DNA of 5,181 bases from a virus (Duplodnaviria > Heunggongvirae > Uroviricota > Caudoviricetes). A program made the translations under genes and the position numbers. Within the stretch, counting starts at the first letter, position 1; every line of letters starts with the position of its first letter. The stretch is taken from the IMG/VR virus record IMGVR_UViG_2778261227_000008. One strand, 5' to 3'. The notes beneath the pieces were generated by a model, which saw only the letters and a program-made list of their open reading frames with translations, was not told the DNA's origin and ran no database searches. Shown piece after piece: positions 1 through 4,825 of this stretch.

Positions 1-558
1 CGCTGTCTGCAACGGCACGCCATTTGCCTCACTGGCCGGAGCACTCTCGCGCACGCGCGCGTTATGTGTGGGGTTTAATTCTTTATCTGTATCTTTATCT
101 GTCGTGACTCGTCGTGACATGTCGTGACATATGCGTGACTCGTCGTGACACCCCTCATTCTGTTTTCGTAATTTTTCCCTCTCGCGCTGCGCTCTCTTGC
201 GCTCTGCCGGGGATTTCGCGGTTTGTGAAACGTTGCCATTGTCCTCTTTCAGTACCTGGCGTTTTTCCCATCCAGTGATTAAATCTCCATCAAGTACCCG
301 CCCCTGCATTGCCTGTAAAATTGAATCAATTACTTCTTCCGTCACATCAAGCGCACTTGCTAAATCTTCCGTCGTGACATCAATGTGACCACGTAGTGAC
401 ACGCCGTGACATGTCGTGACATTTCGTGACGCGCTCACCAGAAGGTGGATATACACAGCCATCACTGTTGCGATTGGCTGTCCTGACACCCTGGAAATTG
501 TTCGCCACTTAGGATCATTTGGCATGTCATGCCATAATCTGAGCCAGGCGTTAGCCAT
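1..558 (-). CDS. Putative phage replication initiator / replisome-organizer-like protein, N-terminal 186 codons; gene continues beyond the left edge of the window
   Basis: Hand translation of the minus strand from ATG at 558-556 (SD-like AGAGGTGA 5 nt upstream) is open for 186 codons to position 1. Not in the ORF track because there is no stop inside the window. Protein begins MANAWLRLWHDMPNDPKWRTISRVSGQPIATVMAVYIHLLVSA. It lies downstream of ydaS-ydaT, where lambdoid phages carry replication genes, and contains both iteron clusters. The family assignment is inference from position and N-terminal pattern. Confidence 0.55.
   Translation of the reverse strand, partial: MANAWLRLWHDMPNDPKWRTISRVSGQPIATVMAVYIHLLVSASRNVTTCHGVSLRGHIDVTTEDLASALDVTEEVIDSILQAMQGRVLDGDLITGWEKRQVLKEDNGNVSQTAKSPAERKRAQREREKLRKQNEGCHDESRICHDMSRRVTTDKDTDKELNPTHNARVRESAPASEANGVPLQTA
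101..150. repeat. Iteron cluster A: five copies of (G)TCGTGAC(A/T) at 10-11 bp spacing
   Basis: Read directly: gtcgtgactc / gtcgtgacat / gtcgtgacat / atgcgtgact / cgtcgtgaca, with GTGAC cores at 104, 114, 124, 135 and 145. An adjacent tandem repeat ctttatctgtat-ctttatctg lies at 81-101. Confidence 0.8.
371..430. repeat. Iteron cluster B: six copies of a GTGAC-core decamer at 10-11 bp spacing
   Basis: Read directly: GTGAC cores at 374, 385, 396, 406, 416 and 426. An inverted copy (GTCAC) is at 341-345. Confidence 0.8.
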
Positions 559-629
559 ACTCACCTCTTTTGATACCGAATCTTTTTACTCACAAATTGC
601 CGGAAGTGATCCGGTATGAATATTGCGAG

Positions 630-1055
630 TCAATGCACAGCCACAATATTTCCTGCAGGGCCACCACGATTCATCTGGTTGAAACCAGCGATCGCCACTG
701 CGACAAAATCATCAGCGTCTCTCACCAGTCGTTCCCGCGTCTCCACTAGTTCCCGAAAATAGGCTGAGCTATGGCTGCGCATTCGGGCCACCAGCAGAGG
801 TGGCATTGCTTTTTCGATAGCTGGTAACAACGCCTGAATTTTTTTAACCGCATCAGGGGTGTCTTTCTCCACCCAGCGGAAAATTTTCTGAGTATTGCGT
901 GCCAGGGCTTCCGGATGGCTGTCGTCATACAGTTCCGGGAACGTAATTCCCAGTTCGAAATACGCTTTGGTAATCTCTGCAGCCGGTACTTTCTCGCCGT
1001 CCGGATGTGCCCAGGCATTCATCGCCATGCGGATGTGTTCATGCTTGATTTTCAT
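630..1055 (-). CDS. ydaT: YdaT-like protein, 141 aa (CII-like regulator of Rac/CP-933P-type prophages; historically annotated as a toxin)
   Basis: ORF-track protein starts MKIKHEHI and is 141 aa. It lies immediately downstream of a Cro-like gene, with ATGA start/stop overlap at 1052-1055. Size and synteny match Rac ydaS-ydaT. The name is from recollection of the family, not a search. Confidence 0.7.
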   Translation of the reverse strand: MKIKHEHIRMAMNAWAHPDGEKVPAAEITKAYFELGITFPELYDDSHPEALARNTQKIFRWVEKDTPDAVKKIQALLPAIEKAMPPLLVARMRSHSSAYFRELVETRERLVRDADDFVAVAIAGFNQMNRGGPAGNIVAVH

Positions 1056-1354
1056 GAATCAACTCCATCAGATAAGCATGCACTACAATCACCTTCAGCA
1101 TGGACTACATGTGTTTGCCCCAAACGAATGCCGCTCGCATACTCAGGCCAAATAAGCTCCCAATCATGGGGTCGTAGCTCCGCCCTACTTACCTGGCCTT
1201 CCGTCGCAGATTCGATCATAAGGGCGCGGGTTGGAGATATAGCTGCTCGTCCAGACGCCATTTGCGATAAGTAAGATGGCGATACACCAAGTCTGGCCGC
1301 GAATTTCTTAGCATCACCAACTCTCAATGATTTAATAAACTCTTTTAATGTCAT
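1052..1354 (-). CDS. ydaS: YdaS-like Cro/HTH (XRE-family) DNA-binding protein, 100 aa
   Basis: ORF-track protein contains LGVSPSYLSQMASGRAAISPTRALMIESATEGQVSRAELRP, a typical HTH recognition-helix pattern. SD-like GAGGAAGG sits just upstream of ATG at 1354. It is divergent from the repressor-like gene and coupled to ydaT. Confidence 0.7.
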   Translation of the reverse strand: MTLKEFIKSLRVGDAKKFAARLGVSPSYLSQMASGRAAISPTRALMIESATEGQVSRAELRPHDWELIWPEYASGIRLGQTHVVHAEGDCSACLSDGVDS

Positions 1355-1382
1355 ACCTTCCTCGGTTTAGTGTTTTTTTGCG

Positions 1383-1445
1383 AGTTTAGTGTTTAATAAA
1401 CCATTAAGTCAAGTATTTGCTTGTTTAGTGATTACTAAAGATAAT
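1383..1445. promoter_or_regulatory. Divergent promoter/operator region between ydaS and the repressor gene
   Basis: Minus-strand promoter candidate: -35 TTGACT (rc of 1407-1412), 18-nt spacer, -10 TAAACT (rc of 1383-1388). Plus-strand candidate: -35 TTGCTT 1417-1422, 17-nt spacer, -10 GATAAT 1440-1445. The 11-bp palindrome GTTTA-A-TAAAC at 1391-1401 lies in the minus-promoter spacer. Direct repeats GTTTAGTG(T/A)TT at 1365-1375, 1384-1394 and 1423-1433. Elements read by eye, not scored. Confidence 0.5.
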
Positions 1446-1451
1446 TACCAC

Positions 1452-1823
1452 ATGCAAAAAAAAGAAATTCGCCGTTTACGTCTCAAGGAGTGGTTTAAAG
1501 ATAAAACTCTGCCACCCAAAGAGAAGAGCTACCTATCTCAACTAATGAGTGGGAGAGCCTCGTTTGGAGAAAAGGCTGCCAGAAGAATAGAGCAAACATA
1601 CGGGATGCCGGAAGGGTATCTGGATGCGGAATACGCAGAACAACCGGAGGTTTCTCCACCACATGCAGGGTTAACGTCTAATCAACTGGAATTATTGCAG
1701 ATTTTTTCAGCCTTCCCTGAGGATGAGCAACGCCAGATAATCAGCGAGTTAAAGCAGAAAAAAGAATCAATGGAAGACCTCATAGCGAGATGGATTGCGG
1801 CGCAAAAATGCCGCCGCGCCTGA
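1452..1823 (+). CDS. paaR2: HTH transcriptional regulator of a three-component toxin-antitoxin operon, 123 aa; occupies the prophage repressor position
   Basis: ATG at 1452, in frame within track ORF 1389..1823; the GTG at 1389 has no SD. XRE-like segment EKSYLSQLMSGRASFGEKAARRIEQTYGMPEGYL. It is divergent from the Cro-like gene and followed by an antitoxin-toxin pair. Identified as paaR2 from memory of the E. coli O157:H7 paaR2-paaA2-parE2 system; paralogue number not verifiable here. Confidence 0.65.
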   Translation: MQKKEIRRLRLKEWFKDKTLPPKEKSYLSQLMSGRASFGEKAARRIEQTYGMPEGYLDAEYAEQPEVSPPHAGLTSNQLELLQIFSAFPEDEQRQIISELKQKKESMEDLIARWIAAQKCRRA

Positions 1824-1843
1824 GTTATAAAACCGGAGGAAAC

Positions 1844-2035
1844 ATGAATAGAGCCCTTTCACCAATGGTTTCTGAGTTTGAAACCATTGAACAAGAAAAC
1901 AGTTACAACGAATGGCTGCGTGCGAAAGTAGCAACGAGCCTTGCAGATCCGCGCCCAGCAATTCCTCATGACGAAGTTGAGCGCAGAATGGCAGAACGCT
2001 TTGCTAAAATGCGCAAGGAACGGAGCAAGCAGTAA
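1844..2035 (+). CDS. paaA2: Small antitoxin, 63 aa (PaaA2-like)
   Basis: ATG at 1844 with SD GGAGGA at 1835-1840, in frame within track ORF 1790..2035. Product is MNRALSPMVSEFETIEQENSYNEWLRAKVATSLADPRPAIPHDEVERRMAERFAKMRKERSKQ. Its stop is 1 nt before the toxin start. Size and position fit the antitoxin of the ParE2 system, as recalled. Confidence 0.7.
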   Translation: MNRALSPMVSEFETIEQENSYNEWLRAKVATSLADPRPAIPHDEVERRMAERFAKMRKERSKQ

Positions 2036-2036
2036 A

Positions 2037-2315
2037 ATGTTACCCGTATTATGGCTTGAAAGCGCAGATACCGACTTGGATGATATAACTGGTTATATTG
2101 CTCGTTTCGACATAGATGCGGCAGAACGCTTATGGCAGCGATTAAGGGGTTGTGTGCTGCCGTTATCCGAACACCCGTATTTATACCCACCAAGCGACAG
2201 GGTGCCTGGCTTGCGTGAGATTGTGGCCCACCCTAACTATATAATTCTATACCGCGTAACAACATCAAGCGTTGAAGTAGTAAACGTGATCCACGCAAGA
2301 CGCCAGTTTCCCTAA
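2037..2315 (+). CDS. parE2: RelE/ParE-superfamily toxin, 92 aa (ParE2-like)
   Basis: ATG at 2037, in frame within track ORF 1941..2315. C-terminal pattern YIILYRVTTSSVEVVNVIHARRQFP is typical of ParE/RelE folds. Tightly coupled to the upstream antitoxin. Confidence 0.7.
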   Translation: MLPVLWLESADTDLDDITGYIARFDIDAAERLWQRLRGCVLPLSEHPYLYPPSDRVPGLREIVAHPNYIILYRVTTSSVEVVNVIHARRQFP

Positions 2316-2386
2316 CTTTCACTACCAATAGAAACATAACAACCGCAACGACTTTATCAAAAGCGTTGTGTTTGTTTCGTGTTGTG

Positions 2387-2428
2387 GTTTAGTTTTTACT
2401 TGACTTGAGTTTAATGTTTATTAAACTA
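2387..2428 (+). promoter_or_regulatory. Second operator/promoter copy (PL-like) pointing rightward toward the ydfA-like gene
   Basis: -35 TTGACT 2400-2405, 16-nt spacer, -10 TAAACT 2422-2427. Palindrome GTTTA-T-TAAAC at 2416-2426. The 22-mer gagtttaatgtttattaaacta (2407-2428) matches gagtttagtgtttaataaacca (1382-1403) at 19 of 22 positions. Half-site-like GTTTAGTTTTT at 2387-2397. Confidence 0.5.
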
Positions 2429-2603
2429 CAAATACCAACCCACCCCGCCCCACAGAATGCAGGGCAATACTTCGAGTTACCCGGCAGTGGTCAGGGGTTA
2501 AGTAGCCAGCCCGAGGCGTATGAACATGACGGCAGGGTTCAACTTTAACTATGCAGCAGGTTTTTGTTCCGCTACCCCGGCGTTAAGGGGAAATGAGGTC
2601 AAC

Positions 2604-2756
2604 ATGGATACTATCGATCTTGGCAACAGCGAATCTCTGGTATGTGGCGTGTTTCCCAACCAGGACGGTACGTTCACCGCGATGACGTATACCAAAAGCA
2701 AAACGTTTAAAACCGAAGCTGGCGCGCGTCGCTGGTTATCCAGAAATACTGACTGA
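2604..2756 (+). CDS. Small YdaF/YdfA-like prophage protein, 50 aa
   Basis: ATG at 2604 with GAGG at 2594-2597, in frame within track ORF 2520..2756. Product MDTIDLGNSESLVCGVFPNQDGTFTAMTYTKSKTFKTEAGARRWLSRNTD resembles the ~51-aa Rac YdaF / Qin YdfA proteins as I remember them. First gene after the PL-like promoter. Confidence 0.55.
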   Translation: MDTIDLGNSESLVCGVFPNQDGTFTAMTYTKSKTFKTEAGARRWLSRNTD

Positions 2757-3142
2757 TGAGATTAACGATGGAATTTAAAGATTTACCAACACCTTTCCAG
2801 GAAATGGCAGCGAATATAGTTCGTTCTCAATTGGCGACTCTTGACCTGAGTACCGTAGAAAAAGAAACCATAGATAATATATCCGGTAACGTGCGCCGTG
2901 CCTTTATCGGGTTGTACGAAGAGAAGCAGCACTCTGATAAGCATGATTCCTCTGAAAAATACTTCCTGGAATTAATGGATATCATTAACAAGGGGTTTGG
3001 TTTGTTGATGGAAAAGAAAGGGATTCGAATAGAACCCCTTAAAAACCATTTTACTGAGTGCAACATTAATTCCTGTGATTTAAAGCATCCCACTTCAGAT
3101 GGGAAAGTTGAAGCCAACTATAAAATATCAATTAATCATTAA
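2756..3142 (+). CDS. Hypothetical protein, 128 aa (124 aa if started at ATG 2768); no domain recognised; apparently AT-rich
   Basis: Track ORF 2756..3142. The ATG at 2756 overlaps the upstream stop (TGATG). Base composition looks clearly more AT-rich than flanking genes by eye (not computed). No motif I can assign. Confidence 0.5.
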   Translation: MRLTMEFKDLPTPFQEMAANIVRSQLATLDLSTVEKETIDNISGNVRRAFIGLYEEKQHSDKHDSSEKYFLELMDIINKGFGLLMEKKGIRIEPLKNHFTECNINSCDLKHPTSDGKVEANYKISINH

Positions 3143-3198
3143 GTTCTCCACGGGTGAGGTGGAGAACATGCGCCGGACACGGATAAATCTCCGGCATG
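3143..3198. terminator. Two hairpins between convergent genes; candidate bidirectional terminators
   Basis: Hairpin 1: GTTCTCCAC 3143-3151, 7-nt loop, GTGGAGAAC 3159-3167 (perfect 9-bp stem). Hairpin 2: CATGCGCCGGA 3167-3177 pairs with TCCGGCATG 3190-3198 with one bulge, followed by CTCTTT. No strong U-tract on either strand. Confidence 0.4.
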
Positions 3199-3220
3199 CT
3201 CTTTAACATTCTGGATATTC

Positions 3221-3667
3221 CTAACCACAAAGAAATCGCATCAATTTAGATTTTGTGGGCAGCTTCTCTTGTTGTTCGATGGAAACGCCTATTTTGATCT
3301 GTGTTTTTAAGATCGCAATATCTTTAAGTGATGACCAAATATGATCATCCGTTTTTTCCAGAATTTTTAACTGCATTTTCAATTCAGAATCAGAATATTT
3401 TTCTGCATCATCAAAAAGCTGCAAATATTCTGCGGATTTTCTCATGGCGTTACCTGACTTTTGTCCGAATCCATAAATCGTTTGGACGGTTGCGATCACA
3501 ACAATAAAAACGCCAGAAATTTCCGGAATGAATCCGCCAATGACAGATGAACCGAGGATAATACTCACCACTGAGAGAAGTTTATCGAGACGACCAGTCG
3601 CTACAGAAAATAGTTGCTCAAGAAAATAGCCATATAAAATTCTGTCAAGAATATCATCCCGGTCCAT
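3221..3667 (-). CDS. Small two-transmembrane membrane protein, 148 aa; SieB-like (superinfection exclusion) by position, or a SLATT-like 2-TM effector
   Basis: Track ORF; ATG at 3667 with AGGTGA upstream. Two hydrophobic helices (LLSVVSIILGSSVIGGFI and ISGVFIVVIATVQTIYGF) followed by a charged helical tail. Orientation opposite to the PL-like operon and adjacent to a ydaF-like gene, as sieB is in Rac. Functional name is inference. Confidence 0.55.
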   Translation of the reverse strand: MDRDDILDRILYGYFLEQLFSVATGRLDKLLSVVSIILGSSVIGGFIPEISGVFIVVIATVQTIYGFGQKSGNAMRKSAEYLQLFDDAEKYSDSELKMQLKILEKTDDHIWSSLKDIAILKTQIKIGVSIEQQEKLPTKSKLMRFLCG

Positions 3668-3673
3668 ACATCA

Positions 3674-3820
3674 TCACCTGCTTGTTTGGTTGTTGCTGTT
3701 CCCCCTCTCCTCCGAAGGAGCTGGAGATGGTTTTGGTCGAATGTTTTTCTCTGGTATGTGATCCCAGACTGTTTTATGTGTCGAATTGCCACCACCTGCT
3801 TGTGCTCTTTGCTCTGTCAT
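3674..3820 (-). CDS. Possible small ORF, 48 aa, immediately upstream of the two-TM gene; uncertain
   Basis: Internal ATG of track ORF 3674..3937, with AAGGA 6 nt upstream. Its stop TGA is 7 nt before the two-TM gene ATG. Product MTEQRAQAGGGNSTHKTVWDHIPEKNIRPKPSPAPSEERGNSNNQTSR is hydrophilic and low-complexity. A plus-strand ORF at 3727..3882 with SD AAGGAG competes for the same DNA. Confidence 0.25.
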   Translation of the reverse strand: MTEQRAQAGGGNSTHKTVWDHIPEKNIRPKPSPAPSEERGNSNNQTSR

Positions 3821-4119
3821 ATGATTTCCTTGGATCGTTGGGGATATCCAGATTATACAGATTTCTTGTCGTTGGGGAATGACAGGAACCACCTCGCCTG
3901 ACGTGGTTAAAAGCAGGCACACAACACGAAAGCGCACGGCGAAGTCATTTCTCCCTCTGTTGCGTGTCGCCGGTATCTTCGACCGTGCGCTTCCGGTTGT
4001 GGCACTCCGCGAAATGGCGCGGCGGTAAGTATGGCGGGGTTATCCTTACCCCCACTGGTAGCACCGGGTTGTCAGGTTGACCATACGCCTGAGTGACAAC
4101 CCCGCTACAACACTCCATG

Positions 4120-4176
4120 TTGATTTGTACCTTTGGCGGCATCAGTTTCATTGCTGGCTGATGTCCCCCCTTTTTA
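4120..4176 (+). ncRNA. dicF: DicF-like small RNA with terminator-like 3' hairpin and U-tract
   Basis: Sits directly upstream of dicB as in the Qin dicB operon. Segment TTTGGCGGCATCAGTTT matches my recollection of E. coli K-12 DicF (TTTGGCGGTATCAGTTT). Stem CATCAG/CTGATG extended by G-C pairs and followed by CCCCCCTTTTT (4165-4175). 5' boundary is estimated; the 5' portion differs from K-12 as I recall it. Confidence 0.5.
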
Positions 4177-4178
4177 AA

Positions 4179-4340
4179 GTGAATTTTGTGATGCGGTGAA
4201 TGCGGCTGAGCGCACGCGGAACAGTTAAAAAGCGATTAGTTCCCCCGTATCGGGTGTTTATGGGTTTCCCTGTATCCGGCGTTAATTGTTAACTGGTTAA
4301 CGTCACCTGGAGGCACCAGGCACCGCATCACAAAATTCAT
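4179..4340 (+). other. 20-bp long-range inverted repeat bracketing the dicB leader
   Basis: GTGAATTTTGTGATGCGGTG at 4179-4198 is the reverse complement of caccgcatcacaaaattcat at 4321-4340 (19 of 20, the last pair G-U in RNA). The 3' arm ends 4 nt before the dicB SD (GAGGA 4345-4349). Confidence 0.6.
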
Positions 4341-4356
4341 TGTTGAGGACGCGATA

Positions 4357-4545
4357 ATGGAAACGTTATTACCAAACGTTAATACGTCTGAAGGTTGTTT
4401 TGAAATTGGTGTCAGAATCAGTAACCCTGTATTTACTGAAGATGCCATTAATAAGAGAAAACACGAACGGGAGTTATTAAATCAAATTTGCATTCTTTCT
4501 ATGCTGGCCCGTTTACGTCCGACTCAAAAAGGATACTGGCAATGA
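4357..4545 (+). CDS. dicB: DicB cell-division inhibitor, 62 aa
   Basis: Hand translation gives METLLPNVNTSEGCFEIGVRISNPVFTEDAINKRKHERELLNQICILSMLARLRPTQKGYWQ, recognised as DicB. SD GAGGA 7 nt upstream. Confidence 0.9.
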   Translation: METLLPNVNTSEGCFEIGVRISNPVFTEDAINKRKHERELLNQICILSMLARLRPTQKGYWQ

Positions 4546-4733
4546 ATACCACATTTGCACTTGTTCTGACGGTTTTTCTTGTTTCCGGTGAACCGGTTGA
4601 CATGGTTACTGGCGTATACGGCTCAATGAAAGAATGCATGGCTGCCGCAGCGGAACAGAAAATTCCCGGTAACTGTTATCCGGTCGATAAAGTTATTCGC
4701 ATGGATAATAACGAAGTCCCGGCAGGGCTTTAA
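4542..4733 (+). CDS. ydfD: YdfD-like prophage lysis protein, 63 aa, N-terminal hydrophobic segment
   Basis: ATG at 4542 overlaps the dicB stop (ATGA), in frame within track ORF 4488..4733. Product MNTTFALVLTVFLVSGEPVDMVTGVYGSMKECMAAAAEQKIPGNCYPVDKVIRMDNNEVPAGL. Synteny dicF-dicB-ydfD. Confidence 0.8.
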   Translation: MNTTFALVLTVFLVSGEPVDMVTGVYGSMKECMAAAAEQKIPGNCYPVDKVIRMDNNEVPAGL

Positions 4734-4825
4734 ACCAGCACCGTAATAAATATCCGGTTTCATTTTTATATGCCAGCAATGGCAGGGATTTGTTCACCCT
4801 TAAATCTGTAATGAGGTAAAACAAA

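Noticed and set aside
101-430. GTGAC repeats as a possible CRISPR array
   Set aside because: Unit length is about 10 bp with no unique spacers and no 25-40 bp repeats; this is iteron-like, not CRISPR.
197-619. Plus-strand track ORFs 197..388 and 416..619
   Set aside because: Both are antisense to the open minus-strand replication-gene frame, lack ribosome-binding sites, and are partly built from iteron repeats.
746-1274. Track ORFs 746..1018 (-), 895..1155 (+) and 915..1274 (+)
   Set aside because: Alternative-frame or antisense overlaps of the ydaT and ydaS coding sequences, which have better synteny, coupling and protein features.
1389-1451. Long form of the regulator starting at GTG 1389
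   Set aside because: No SD, and the start would lie inside the operator palindrome and promoter elements. The ATG at 1452 follows a good -10.
1767-2193. Minus-strand ORFs 1767..1961 and 1966..2193, and the N-terminally extended plus-strand forms 1790 and 1941
   Set aside because: Antisense to the antitoxin and toxin; the extended forms lack SDs, whereas internal ATGs at 1844 and 2037 have them and give the expected 63- and 92-aa products.
2520-2603. Extended 78-aa form of the ydfA-like ORF starting at 2520
   Set aside because: The ATG at 2604 has a well-spaced GAGG and gives the ~50-aa size typical of this family as I recall it. The extension is unconserved-looking leader. The 2520 start cannot be fully excluded.
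2430-2603. Possible nut-like (boxA/boxB) antitermination site in the long leader of the ydfA-like gene
   Set aside because: Only a weak 4-bp GCCC/GGGC hairpin at about 2450-2468 and no boxA-like motif.
2827-3117. Minus-strand ORF 2827..3117
   Set aside because: Lies wholly antisense within the 128-aa plus-strand ORF and has no convincing start context.
3601-3937. Minus-strand ORF 3601..3795 and the full-length 87-aa form of 3674..3937
   Set aside because: The first overlaps the start of the two-TM gene in another frame. The second has no SD at its first ATG; only the internal 48-aa version is kept, at low confidence.
4031-4105. Structured GC-rich segment as a possible tRNA
   Set aside because: No cloverleaf arrangement and no acceptor or anticodon arm pattern; only alternative simple hairpins.
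3945-4448. Minus-strand ORFs 3945..4151 and 4236..4448
   Set aside because: Antisense to the DicF-like RNA and the structured dicB leader, proline-rich, with no ribosome-binding sites.
4488-4541. Extended start of ydfD at 4488
   Set aside because: It would overlap the dicB coding sequence for 18 codons; the ATG at 4542 gives the expected 63-aa product with ATGA coupling.
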